Source: Malacoraja senta
Taxonomy: Eukaryota
NCBI GenBank assembly: GCA_038087875.1
Contig: CM075989.1
Span: 9,982,001-10,046,000 of the forward strand
DNA: 64,000 nt
Direction: 5' to 3'
Part shown: positions 25,290 through 39,570 of the stretch, in pieces
Position numbering within the stretch: the stretch's first letter is position 1
Layout of the letters: each line of letters starts with the position of its first letter
Translations under genes and position numbers: made by a program
Notes under the pieces: model-generated
Databases searched by the model: none
Seen by the model: the letters and a program-made list of their open reading frames with translations, nothing else
What the model was told of the DNA's origin: nothing

Positions 25290-25869
25290 GTGAGTAATTA
25301 TTTTTTTTAATTTAGGCAAAACTCCAGGTGTTTGTACAAGGTAGTAGCTCTCCTGTGATATTGCTCATGAGTCAGTTAGGAAATCCATTGCCTGAGGGAT
25401 TGTGACTAAATTATGACTAAATAATTATACACTGCAAACAAAATGTAATACTGGATATTTGGGCTGTAGGAAGTTGTCTTCAAACTCACTTGTATACATC
25501 CCACTCCTGTCCACTTCCTGCAATCTAACTTTTTCTTGAGTTCAATGTTGTGTTCTTGAGTTGTAATTATCTTGCTTTCTTGAAAATAATTTATTGACTA
25601 CATCACATTGGTTTGAGGCAGAGGTTGCTCATCACTTTCACCTCAATGCTGTGCCCTGTAATTTATCTTCAATGTCTTCAGTCCATTCGCCCTCTTGTTC
25701 CAGTGGGTGCATTTTGTTGTTACTTCATTGTGGCCCCATGTAATCATTAAGATATTTTATTGGGTTATCATTGAATCTTCTCCTTTCTAGCAAAGATATT
25801 ATAACTGCTCAAATCTTTCCATGGAATTAAGTGTTCTCTTAGTGGCTTAATGATTTTTAATGTATTACA

Positions 25870-26280
25870 TTTTAGCATCTGGGCATTGCTGGCAAGGCCA
25901 TCATTTATGGCCCATCCCTAATTGCCCTTCAAGAGTGGTGTTGGGCTGCTGCCTTGTAGAGCGACAATCTGTCTGATTAATGTATTCCCACAGTGCTGGG
26001 GGTGGCGGAGAGGGAGATTTCTGAGTTTATGTGCAGTGACAATAAAGGAAGTGACATATTTCAAAATCAGGATGGTCTGCATCTTGGAAGGGAAGCTGCA
26101 GGTGGCGGTGTACCAATGCACTTGCTGCCCTTGCAAATGGAGAAATTGGAAGTTGGGAGATGATGTTGGAATGGCCTAGGCCAATGGCTGTAGTGTATTT
26201 TGTAGTTACTGAGCACCGGCTATGGAGGGAATGGATGTTTCAGTCGGTTAGTGGGGTGCAAATCAAGCTGTACTTATTTT
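25870..26280 (-). mobile_element. old LINE 3' fragment (L2/CR1 group)
   Basis: GGCAAGGCCATCATTTATGGCCCATCCC motif, also seen in reverse at about 40030-40070 and at about 40505. Confidence 0.5.
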
Positions 26281-26835
26281 CTGCAAAGATAAAGAGATTA
26301 AAACTTCCATGACCATTGCAAGTGTTGTCTTCAATGATATTAAGCAATACTTAATGTTTTAAGAATTAATTATTTAGTGGAATATTAGTTAAAGTCGTGA
26401 TTAATTATCCAGGCTTTATCAATTGCACCCAGTTCACCACCCAGTATTGCACCAGTTCTGACACCCAAGTAAAATTGATAACATAACAAAATAAGTATAA
26501 AATAATAATTATACTTGAAAGTAGTAACGTTATCATGGTGATCCACCATAACAACCTGGCAATGTTGATTTTTACCTAAGATCATTTGTTGTAGAACAGA
26601 TGAACTGTTTAGCCAAACTTGCCAAAAATATTACTGACTGATGCTAACACAGAAATAGATTTATTTCAAAGTATATTGTGCAATTTTCATCTCATTTATA
26701 TGTGACCCTTTTTAACTCTGCTTCCTCCAAATTGCTGTATTGTGCTCATCTTGTGCTCAGTGAAGATAAGTAGTTTGCAGATTATAAAAGTGATTCATTT
26801 GCTATTCACAAATATAGTCCTATTTTGTTTGGCAG

Positions 26836-26913
26836 GTTGCTAAAGCTTTTTGGATGGCTATTGGAGGAGACAGAGAAGAGATTGAGGAGCTCTCTGATGA
26901 AGAGAATAATTAA
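26836..26913 (+). CDS. AAGAB: AAGAB exon 10 (last coding exon)
   Basis: CAG acceptor. VAKAFWMAIGGDREEIEELSDEENN, TAA at 26911-26913. Confidence 0.95.
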   Translation, partial: VAKAFWMAIGGDREEIEELSDEENN

Positions 26914-27970
26914 GAGCTGGACCATTTTGTGGCTTTCCAGATGAAAGATGTTGATGTGTCTGCCAAAGTGCTGCCTTTGAAGGACATTTCATTCACAGTG
27001 TTACTGGGCCAAGACTTTTCATGCAACTTCAGTGCCAACACTGTGGCTCCTCCAGTGAATGTTTTGAATTGTGAATGATAAAATATGGATCTTTTGTGTT
27101 TCCCGTCTATCTCGGTCATATTTATTAGACTAAACATCTGACTGAAGTAGTCTTCTATGGGAAGAAATATTGTGTACCTTCACCCACTCTTTTCTAAGCG
27201 ACACATTATTTTAATGTTCTAGACATTAGTTATATGAAATGGTACTCCAGTTAGATAGCATCTTCTGTCCACAATAGTACTGTGGCAAATCTACTTGGCT
27301 CTTCTAATTCAGTTCCCTCTGGGTAGATAACCACAGAACAGACCTTCCCCTTGTGGTGTGGTAAGCTGTCAGCTTTCATGGGAACGGACATTATGGTGAT
27401 GGAAATGAGGACTACGTGTTCAAGTGCAAAAGTGTGTTTGTGTTTTCTGCTACCATGTTTATTTGGGAGTCTTGCATAGAACCATGTTACTGATGACATG
27501 GGAATGTTTATTGCTGATGCCAGCTGTCTAAATTTGGAAAATATTCAATTTCTCAAGAGCTACCAGCTCTTACCATGATGAGAAGGATAATTCATCAAAC
27601 CAAATAACATACAAATTAATGGTCTATTGGAATTAAACAAGAGAACATTTAACAGAATGTTAATCTAATCAAAAAACGTAACCTTTATTGTCTGGTATAG
27701 GAATTAAATAAACTATGCATGTGATCCTGTTTTGAGAATTTTTTTCAACATGCACCCTGGATAAGGAGAAAATTGAATCATCAGCTCTTGTTTGCAAATA
27801 CTCAAATGTTAAGCATCATGTGGCCCGAATTCTGAATACCCCAGCTGATTGCTTTCAGCAAAAGTCTAGTTGGCCTATATTGACTTCACATTCAATGACT
27901 TGTTTAAAACTCTCATCTGAAATTCTCCACTCTTGCCCTTCCCATTTAACCCCCTTTCAACAATACACAC

Positions 27971-27976
27971 AATAAA
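27971..27976 (+). promoter_or_regulatory. candidate AAGAB polyadenylation signal AATAAA
   Basis: AATAAA about 1 kb after the AAGAB stop, followed by T/GT-rich sequence. Motif only. Confidence 0.3.
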
Positions 27977-30014
27977 CCTTTGTAATTCTGTTATCTACAT
28001 AAATCCATAAGTAATGTAGTTCATTATCTCAAAAACTTTGGGATTCTTGAGCAATGTGATGCAATTTCACGAATGGAAGACTTTGTCCTTTAAAGTGGCT
28101 TGGTGTACTATTTTAAAACAGTTTAATATAATGGGGAATTTTATATTGTCTTCTGAACAAAGAAGATTGAGAGATGTTTTGAGATGATGGATAAATGATT
28201 TGAACTAACATCTTATTGCTCCTGATTAAATTTCCTTCATTTGTCATTTGTGTTTGGTGAGGAGTAAGGAACAAGGTAACCAAACTCCCAATTCTGAGCA
28301 CAATCTATTAAAGGCTTGACTACCTTGATGTGAAAGTGAAAAACCACAACTTGTTCATATGGGCTCGGCTTTCACTGTTTAAACTTGCATTTGAAGACGA
28401 GTTGGTTCTGTAAAGCATCATGTGAAGCATCATACTGCTGATCCCTGGAAGAATACAAGTGCTTGCTTCAGGGTAAGAAACTTGTAAGTAGTCTCCACCC
28501 TTCAAAGACAGTAATTTCAGTAAATCATCAGTTTAGTAAAACAATTGCCATTGGCATGATAAAATTAACTTTAATAACATTTGAAACATTTATATAAATG
28601 AAGAACTTTTGGCCATTTCCAAACACTTTAAAATAGAGTAAAAAAACACTAAAGTACAAGAAAGCACCTTTTTTTAGTTAAAATGTTAGTTATACAGCAT
28701 TTTCTGCTGGAACTAAATAGCTTAATGCTCCTTGGAGAGAAACGAGGTACCCCTACGGAACTTGGTAAAATGTTCATGCAGGTTACAGGGTAGTCAATCT
28801 AAACAGCATCCATGTCCCAGGAGAGAGCAAGCAGTACAGGTATTCCACTGGCTTTAGTTTTACAGGCCAATCATTAGTGAAAGTATGTCTTGAGAACTTG
28901 TATTTCATTAAATAGGAAGGAAAACATCACCATGGGTCAGCTTTATTTTGACTATTCCACTGTTGTAAGCATCACAGATGCTGCTGTGGAGAGCTACTTA
29001 AGGCCATGGTGCACTGCACTGCTTGCTTGTGAGAGGATTGCCATTTTTCTGACAAGGCCAAAAGTTGGACTTGAATGCTTGTTTAAATGCTGATAACTAT
29101 AAAAACTTCAAAGCGTTGCTTTAATCTATTGACAAAAAATGATTCCCTTTTATTAATACTTCTGAACTGGTATGGTGCATTGTCTTTCACAAACCTTGGG
29201 AGAGATAATTTTCTGATGTTATGAAAGATGTTTGAGGTGGAATGCTCATCCAGTTTCTCTACTTTGTGGCTTGACTCTGATCAAGAATGGCAGCATACCT
29301 TAAATTTGCCCGTAGACAATTAACAATGTATGATAAAAATGAAATATGCCTTGATTAGCTAATTTAGTAATATCCTTTTTTGAGAGCATAGATGAGCAGC
29401 TGGAATGGGGCTAGATAACCAGTAGTTCAATCTGCAGTATACAAAAGTGCTACTCAATGCTTATCTCTTGCTGGAGGTAAAGATGTTAACATTTCAATAT
29501 GCAATATTAATTTCTTCAGTCGCAGCTTGGACTAATTCTGCAAGAGATTTTTTTTTGTATTTGACCGGGGAGGGGGGGGGGGTTGTACAGAACAGCTACC
29601 AATTCTTTTCACTATGTATTTATTTTAAAATAAATCTCTGCCATGGTTTTCAACTCTTGACTGTATGCAAGGTGAAGCCAGCAGCTGCTCCTGTGCACTG
29701 TACGTGGTAATTGAACGCTGCATGGTAAATCAAATTCCACTGTACCTTAATTGGTGCATGTGGCAATAAATGTGGCAGTATGGTCAACACAGACATTGTG
29801 GGCTTTAGGGCCTGTTCTTGTGCTGTACTTTGTATGTTATAAAGTTAGGATAGACACTTCTGTACAAGATATCAAAACCTGCTACTTGATTTTGATATCA
29901 ACAAACAGGCTTCAGGAAAGGAAAATAGGTTTCACTCCATCTAGGTTTTTTTAATGGATCTCGTGTAACTTAAGCCTCAGTGAACCAGGTGTGTAACAAT
30001 TTCCCTCAACAAAG

Positions 30015-30298
30015 TGCAGCGGCGCAGTGGCAGAGTTGCACCCTTACAGCGCCAGAGACCCGGGTTTGATTCCGACCACGGGTGCTGTCTATAGAAAGTT
30101 TATACTTTCTTCTTGTGATCGCGTGGGTTTTCTCTGCGGTTTCCTTCCACATTCCAAAGAAGTGCAGGTTTGTAGGTTAATTGGCTTCTGTAAACTGCTT
30201 CGTGTAGGGTGCAGAACTGGGATAACATAGAACTAGTGTACAGGTGATCTTTGGTTGGCACTTACTCACTGGGCTAATCAGCTGTATCTCCAAACTAA
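30015..30298 (+). mobile_element. V-SINE (HE1-like)
   Basis: Same head, V-domain and tail as the copy at 24736. Confidence 0.85.
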
Positions 30299-31424
30299 AT
30301 ATGCTGCGTGGGTTTGGATCTCCTGTAAGATACATGTATAGCTGTGTTTGACATGTAAGACAAACCTGCATTATGAATTTGTTTGAGATTTTTAAATAAT
30401 TGAAGGCTAGAGATGAAATTGGCCTATGTTTAACCATTCAGCTCAATATGGAACTAGTCATCATCTTGATGAATGTGCTCTCCATAATTGTTTCTCCAGT
30501 TTGTAGACGAGAATTCCTCTGACACTAATTCCAGGAAATCCTGAGCAGACTATTCTAACATTGTTCCTGCATGTAATTTTCAAAATATAAATGTTGGACA
30601 AGAGTGCTATTTTAAAAGTATACACAAAGGTCAGTTATTACAATCTACCTAAAACTGAATGTAACCATGCTTTAAATTTTCCTCCAGAAGTGTTATCAGC
30701 TGCTAAAGGAAACCACGTGGAAATGTTTGTGACAAGGATCAAGCAAGTTTGTGAATAGGTGTGGAATTGAGACCAGCTGTTCTTACCCCAAGCATGTTTG
30801 TAGGGAGATGTGGCATTGAGAGCAGTTGTTTTTCCACCACCCCCAGAGATGGCGGGGAGGGTTACCCAAAGGCATCACCATTGGTGCTTACCACACAGCA
30901 TAGCTCCAGTCCTCGGAGTAGCCTCAACATGGGCTTGACTTATCGGCTTGTATGAGAAGCATGACATTCTCCATCAAATGATCAGCAATGGGTGTTCTTC
31001 ATAGGCTTGCTTTACTATCTTGTATCTGCCATAGTGCTGCTGTTTTGAGATGAAGGAATGCTCTAATGAAAGGTAAGAGCAGCTCGGCCTGCATGTTTAA
31101 TATGTACACCTCTCAAACCTAAATGTGTTCTGCATGTCTAATCATTGCTAAATGTAACATGCATTGAAAAATATACAAATTTCCTCAAGAAGCTATGGTG
31201 ATAATGATCACTCATTCTGCTTTTGAATTAATTGAGGAACAATGGCTCAGCAATTTGGTCTAAGCAGCCCTTAGTTTAAACATCTCATCCAAAGGAGGCA
31301 TCGCTGTGGCAATTACCTACAGCAACCACGCAAGTACTATATGGGGGTTCATCTTAGCTTTGTTGTTAATTTAGATTGTAACAGAGTCAAGGTATTCCAG
31401 GTAGGTAACTTTATCTTTTCTAAC

Positions 31425-31580
31425 ATCACAGCACTGGAGGAACCAAGTGGGTCAGGTAACATCTGTGGAGGGAATGGGCGGGTGATGTTTCGGGTCAGGA
31501 CTCTTCTTCGGAGTCTGAGTTCCTCCAGGACTTTGTTTTGCTCAAGATTCCAGCATCTGCAGTTTGTTGTGTGTCTATCT
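31425..31580. mobile_element. PLE-derived fold-back element (older)
   Basis: pLTR arm up to TTTCGGGTCAGGACTCTTCTTCGGA, then an inverted arm ending CAGCATCTGCAGTT. Confidence 0.65.
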
Positions 31581-32866
31581 CTTGATCTTTTACAACTCTG
31601 TGGCTTACACATTGACTTGGAATTAACATATATTAATCAGTGATTTATTTTCTATTGTAAAAAAAAGTTCCATCCCATTTACTTTCCAGTCCAAATTTTT
31701 TTTTTTTTCAAATTTCAAATTTCCCTGCAATTGAAACAGCAGCTGAGAGAGGAAGAAACATTTCACATCCACCCACCCACTATGATATAACTAATTGAGG
31801 GGATAAAGAACATATCCAATTGGCAAAAAAAAATCAGTACTGAGGAACTCATGTGTGTGAAAATGTCCCTGTCCCTATCCAATGCAGTAGGACACCCTCT
31901 CTAAAGTAGCACATTTATGAAAATATACACTAACAAGTTAAAAGCAACTGAGCACATCACAAAAGGCAAAAACACCATGCAAATAAAGGAAATAAAAGGG
32001 GTTTATAGGAAGCATTGAAAGAATTCCAAAATGGGTAGAGTGGAAAATGTAAAGAATTTGATTTGAGATCAACTGATCAAACAATCAACCAACTTCAACC
32101 TCCGGGCTGAAGTAAGGCAAATATCATTAATATTTCCCAGGTGTAATTGGCACTTGCTGATCCCTGCACAGCGCACATAAAATGAGGTTGTGATGATGAA
32201 ATGCTTCCCATATGTTCATGTATTTCACACACATGAAGAAGTGACACTGGAATTCTGAGGAAGTGATATTAATTATCTAATGTTGCCAAGAATTGCCACT
32301 TCCCCTTGGCATTTCCTGGGTGTACTAGTGTAGAAATAGTTAAGTTGAGGTTAATACAGTAATGGGAATAAATCAAATAGTTGAAGGAGGTGGCTCCAGC
32401 AATTGGTCAAAGGCTTAGGTTACTAAGCATTCTTTACATACAGGTTGTGTTGAAATTAATATTGAAATTGCCTTCAATGGTAATCTATTTTCCCCTTCAT
32501 CTCAAATCTGTCATTCTTTCTTACCTCCAATAGCTTTGAGACCCAAGCTTGAATCCACTTGCTTTGACTTTCCATTATTTTATTTATATCTTGCCAGTGA
32601 AATCTTCTAAGCCTGCCTGTTCTTAGTTTAATTAATAAATATTGATGCACAAATATAACAGTATCATTGCAGGTAGATGTAAATATCCAGAACACAGCAA
32701 TTGGAGACAAAAGATAAAATGGCACGTGAAATAGAGAGAAAACACTTCATCTGGTCAGTCATGGACCAAGGTGCAGTCATCTTTCTTCATTATTTTGCAA
32801 ATTCTCTCCCTGCTCCATGCAGTAACTGTGCCAACTAGTTTAAACCTTTCAATAAGTGCTTATTTA

Positions 32867-33035
32867 AGGGCCTGTCCCACTGACATGACTGGGTGCGCCT
32901 GTATGATCAGGAGTAGTCGTACCTTTTTCTGTTCGCCGTTGGATTTTCAATATTTGAACATTTTCGGCGACCTGCTGCGACTATGAAGGGTGCGGGCAGT
33001 CGCCGAAAATATATTGCGTAAGTGGGACAGGCCCT
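32867..33035. mobile_element. Harbinger/PIF-like MITE (169 bp)
   Basis: TIR AGGGCCTGTCCCACT / AGTGGGACAGGCCCT, TTA TSD. Confidence 0.8.
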
Positions 33036-34799
33036 TTAGTGATTTACAAAGCTCTGCAGATTCCAGGCTACATTTATACAGGAAACAGTTTTAATTAACT
33101 ATTTCAGCTCTTGTTAAATTGTGATCAGCTGCAGAACTGTAAAGGCCATAACAAAATAATTATAATTTTAAAGATACGTTGTTTAAGTTGTGCTATGTAT
33201 GACCAGCACATTCATTACAAAATAGGAGACAGGTTTGAAAGGGAAACGGCAAATGCACTAAATATAGTTTAGATGTAGTATATTTGCCCTTAATATTAAC
33301 CTGTTTTGTTGGCTTCAGATTTTGACAGACATGTACCAGTGTTCATTCTATTTAAAATCAGAAGGGAAAAATGCATTGTTGTTCCTGCATTACTTTGTGA
33401 ACATTCACGTAGGACATAGCGAGGGTGATAAATTCAGTGATTAGAATGGAGGGGGAAAAAAATCATAATCTAGACCACCTTTTAGTTCCAGTTCAGCTAA
33501 TTGTTATTCCATAAAATTGATCTGTTATCAAGGAAAACACCACAGCACTGATACAATGTTTATCCACGCGGGGTAAATCAAGAGCAATACTTTACTACTT
33601 TAAATTGTTACAGTTCAGCCAAAGTCTCAATGTGTCCAGCAATAGAAACATAGCTTGTGTTGGAAATTTAAATTGGACCCCTTCACAAAAAAAAAACTAA
33701 CAACGCTGTTACTGTAAAGGCAGCAAGTTAAGAAACTAGGGTAAATAAATGCTCCCTTTATTATACAATTGCTAGGGTACAGTTCCACAGATACCAGCTG
33801 CATTCAGTACCTTGCCCAAGATGTGGGAGTTGTAGAAAATGGTGTCACAGGCCCCCAGGGCAAGGGAGGGCATAATTTAAAATGGGCTTAACTACCCTAG
33901 TATTAGCCACATTCATACTTCTACAACTCTGATTTATATAGCGCCTATATCTAGAAAAAAATACAATGGCGTTTCTTAGCGTTCTCAATGTAGATCTATT
34001 GTTCAAAAAGAACAGCTCCTAGCTATGATAACCAAGTGCTTGTAATCTGTTTCAACTCTGACTAGAAAAGAGTGTAAAGAGCAGGAGGGGTAGCGTGCAA
34101 ATTGACCATCCCTTATACTTGTGGAAATAAAAGTAGGAAGGAAACATTGACAATAGAAATCACAGCTCCCTGCACACCGATTGTTGAGAATGTCTTGTCA
34201 TCCTCCAACAGTTTGTGACGTGATACAGGGGTGTGGCAGAAAGACCACTTAGAGTTCAAAACCACCACATATTGCAAGAAAACTGGAAGGACCTTTTAGC
34301 TTCCCACTTGAGTGAAACAAAAGTTTTCCGAGTGCCATGGTCTTTGCCGTTTCAGGCCTGACCATCAAAATATTCATGAGGCCTCTAGAAGAATAGAAAC
34401 TGGTGAGCAGGTTCTGTACAACTAGAATTAATAGTCATTGCTTGGAAATAGGACATGGCAAAGTCAATTAATATAAAATGGCCAGGCTTGTACTGGGAAG
34501 AACAATTTGCCATTGTTCAAATGAGAGATCCTTTCCCTCCACGAGAAAATTAGATTGAAAATTGATGTTGTCCTTTTTGCATTTGCCCTTGCAATTTTTT
34601 TCTCAACAGCAATGCCACGGAAAGTGCTGAATGTTATGGTGGGGAAGTGGCAATGATGGTACCTGATATTGATGCAGAAGAAATTACCAGTTCTGGGCAC
34701 CATGCAGCAACTTCTGTTGTTTCATTTTTCTATAAATTATCTGCTACAGCCAGGCCCATAAAATTTGGCAGCTGTCTTCCCTGAGCTGAAACCAATCTT

Positions 34800-35039
<240 letters not shown>

Positions 35040-36439
35040 TTATATCTATGATGCATCATTCCCAGTAAGGACAATAAACACATTGATAGCATCTCATTCA
35101 ATGAGAAGTCATTTTCATTAAAAGTATAAAAGTGAAATTTGTATTGGTTGCTTAGACCCGACTATATGAGTCAGGATCAGATATCAAGAAAACTAGGCCT
35201 CAGGCTTGTATCAGTTGCCGTTTTACCTTGGTAGAATCATGCTTGGGTCAGGTTTTCAATGCATTGCCAAAGAGATCCCTATTTTAAATATGCATAACTA
35301 CCAGGAGGACAACAGTAAAGATATTTTGGCTTTGTACAAAGTGCATGTACAGAGATACTAGGTCTTAAACAGGTGGATTTCGCAGACCACAGTTGTATTC
35401 CCTGAAATTTGAATGATGAAAGGATAATTTGAGTTGCGTTTCCAAAATATGAAGTGCAGTTAGGATCTTTTTTTTTTTTTAATTGGTCAGAAAATTGAGG
35501 ACCATGTGGCATTGACTAAAAACTGAAGTCAAGTCTTTCTGGATTGGAGTTAGGAAGCATTGCTAAGCACACACAGACCGTGGAAATTGATGATCTCATT
35601 CAATAGTAGACCAGGGTCCTGTAAACCACATTAATTACAAACTAAGTAGCAGCAATACAAATGAACACTATGTCAAGGCAAAAGGGAGCTGTGAAACAGG
35701 GTCAAAGTCAGTGGTTATTGTGGAATAAGAGCACGGTGCATGCCATTCCAGACACAGCAACATGGCTGACAGTCCAACACCAACAGTCTCTCCGGATCAG
35801 AGCCATATAGAGCTTCACAATAAATGCCACATCCCACCAATGAAACTTGTTTCTTCACAGAATGAGACATTTCTACAGACTAAAGTTATGCACTTATTGG
35901 AACGTGGAGAGCTCGGCACGTTGTACTGAGCTTTGCACCGTTTCTATGCAACCCTCAGCCAACAAATAGCGTAATGAAAAGTCTTTCAAAGGAAGTGGTG
36001 GATAAATTTAAAGGATGGGGAAATAGAGGCTGGAAGTGGTCACAGATGGTGCTTCAGGCAATGGCTGTTTTTTTTTAGTATAAAAAGAAGGTTAGTGTTA
36101 TATTTTAAACAAGAGTCTCACTGGATAGATTGATTTATATTTTCTTTAAGAGGAAGCAAAAAACTCAAGTACAAAAAATGAAACTCAAAAAGACAGATGC
36201 TGGAAATCTGAAATGAAAACAAAATGCTGTAAAGCACGTGGCATGTTAGGCAGCATCTGTGGAAAGAAGTAGAATGTTTCATGTTAGCCCCTCGGACAGA
36301 CCCAATTGAATTTTTCTAGCAATTTCTACAGAAATGAAACATTTCACCTGAAATAGAATGACTTGCATCTCTACAACACATTTAGCATCCATTTCCGACA
36401 ATTCCATAAGCAGCATAAGGATAATGATCAATTGCTCTG

Positions 36440-36705
36440 GTTTAGGCAATGTTGCTAGATGGATTAAATATTGGGCAACTCACTGGGGATAACGTTCCTG
36501 CTCTCAAAAGTACTGCAACAGAATCATTTGAACGAAGGTGTCATTAGTGCTCTCGTGTGACTATAATGTCTCAGTTAGAGACTGAAACACTGTTCACACA
36601 GCAGCCTTTCAGCACTGCACTCAGTCTTGATTTTGGTGTCCTGGAGTGGGACTTGAACTCTCAGCCTGCTTACACAGGAATGAGAATGCTACCAATGGAG
36701 TCAAA
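36440..36705 (-). mobile_element. DeuSINE-like (SacSINE1/AmnSINE-type) relic
   Basis: TAAATATTGG...CCTGCTCTC and CTGGAGTGGGACTTGAACTC resemble the remembered Deu-domain and tRNA-head consensus. Similar relics at about 41760-41990, 42950-43090, 58630-58800 and 62520-62600. Confidence 0.55.
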
Positions 36706-37958
36706 AGCTTTGTTTGAAAGGATGGTAGAACTAGGTCAGCTCTCTTTTCAGTAAGTGCCCAAGGTTGTCACAGGACTAGCATGCCACCCGCTGAGGAGTA
36801 TTTATCTATGTCTTGATAATTAATGGTCCTCTCTTCTTACTGACTCAATCACAATCCCCTCCCACCTTCTCAGCCTTAACTTATATTGTTCACGAGTGGT
36901 TCGAGGGCAGCATTGATTTTTTTCCCCCCTGTCTGTATATGTGTTTCTGCGTGCGTTTAGCATCTGGATGTGATTATCTAGCTGGACGGGAGCCAACATT
37001 TTGGAGTTTTGGCTGATACTTGCATGTGGGAAGAACCAGCAAAGCCTTTAAACATCTGGCGGATCTGGAGGGTGGTGGAGCTTCTAATCAGAGGCAGATC
37101 AGTGCTGCTGCTGTCCCTCCTGCCTGCTAAATGCAAATGTGCAAAAGAAAATATATCTTGAATTACCAAGATAATTTAGAGACTTTGCCATTCAAGATTT
37201 GCACAGTGCAATTTAGCAGAAGCATTCCCCTTTATCTCAAAAGACTGCATTAATTTTGAAGAAGGGTGAGAAACTTTGCATCTTACAATGTAACTGCGCA
37301 GCTTGGCTGCCGTCTCACATGCACACTGTTTTCCATTAGGTCAATGTTCTGATCAATTTACTTTAACAACATCTATTTATATAGCACCATTAGTACAGCA
37401 TGATGTTCCTTCGTATAAATGTGCTCAAACAAAATTAAACTATCTTAAGGAGATATTAGAACACATGACCAAAACGGTAAATTTTAAGTGAAGAACGAGG
37501 TAGGGGGCAGGAAGATTTATGGAGGGAATTCTTTGTACTTTACTCTTCGGTATTGATTAAGTAGTTTTGGACACATTCTGTATAATATCAATGCAATGTT
37601 ATTTATTCACACCAATGAATCGAGCGAGTTTGTATTGGTACAGTCGATGCAACAGTCACTAACACAACAGGAATGCAACACTAGCTGTAGAAAGTCTGTT
37701 AATCACATTAGAGCCCACGTGCAGGGCCAACTGCTACAGGCCCAATGAGCATAAATTCCATGAAATAATCACACACAGTTCAGGTAGCCATCTGAGCAGT
37801 GAGCTAGCTCCCTGAAGAGGGATCTGGCAGACTCTGGAGAGTGATCACGCCACCTACTTTAGTGATTGAGCACTTTGTGCTTCCATTGTGTCAATGTGAC
37901 CACAAACACATAATGTACCACGCTGCCAGATATTAGCAGCCATGTGGATTTGGCATCA

Positions 37959-38168
<210 letters not shown>

Positions 38169-38702
38169 TCAACCCTCTCCCTACAAAGTTCTCCCATTTT
38201 CAGCTCCTTAATCTATATCCATTTAAATTGTCCAAAATGCTTGATCCAGTTACACAATTCTGTTTATAATCTTCACTGAAATGCAGACTCAGGAACAGGA
38301 GTTCATTAATCAATATTAAAACCATAAAAGCTGCCTTACAACTGTTCACATTTGGAAGTATCCATTGGTGAGTATCAGAAACCAGAAAGCCAAATTGTTA
38401 TGGAGTGAATGTCATCACAGATTCAAGAGATGTGTTCAGTCCTTGAATTTTTGTGCTGATTATTCAACCTTGTTAGTCAAGGATTGGCTCCTTTGGTCTC
38501 TCAGTGGTGGCACCTTTCTCAAAGAACACAGGGCACATTGGGACCTGGTGCAATAAGCCTCACTGAAAGTTGAAAAGAACATCTCAGGTCATAATACTGT
38601 GCAAGAAATGAAAGGGGAATGGGAAATATTTTGGACAGAAAGAACTCGTCTTTCTCCTATACCTCACCGCACCACTTCTATTCCTCTCCCACCCAGTCCC
38701 TA

Positions 38703-38927
<225 letters not shown>

Positions 38928-39435
38928 TCACCAGTCAAAATCACTACCAAATTAAAGACAGGGCTTTTACAACATTGCTCCATACAAAACAGTGTCCATA
39001 TAAGAACCCGGAGTTATTAAAACATCACACGATTTACCCATTCAGAATACAACAAAGAACATTGATATTGAAGCATTTGAAAGACACAAAAATGTGAATA
39101 AAATAATGCAAAAACATTTCACCTGCAAGTGTAAAAATAAACTATAAATCATGACACACCCTCATGAAACATGTCCTCACAAGCAGACACAACATCATTG
39201 ACCAGAGCAAGCTCAACGCAACAAACCAGGATCTGAAACTGACCTTCAATGTGAACAATTTATACATTTGAAACAGGCTCAGCATCTCAGTGCTTGTTGG
39301 TAGTCTGCCGAACTAGACTACACTTTGTAATGCACAACACCTACAGTGAGGTACCTAACATATGGACTATAGTAACATTTACGTGAGTGATCCTGCAGAC
39401 TTGCGTCTAGCAGAAATATCAACCATCTTCAAGAC

Positions 39436-39570
39436 CTGTCTGAAGAAGGACCTCGACCCAAAACATCACCTATTCCTTTTCTCCAGAAAAGCTGCCTGAC
39501 CTGCTGAGTTACTCCAGCATTTTGTGTCTATTCTTCAGTGTAAACCAGCATCTGCAGTTCCTTCTTACAT
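39436..39570 (+). mobile_element. short PLE-derived insertion starting at the hammerhead
   Basis: CTGAAGAAGGACCTCGACCCAAAACATC...CAGCATCTGCAGTTCCTTCTTAC, flanked by the near-duplicate ATCTTCA(A/G)GAC. Confidence 0.75.
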
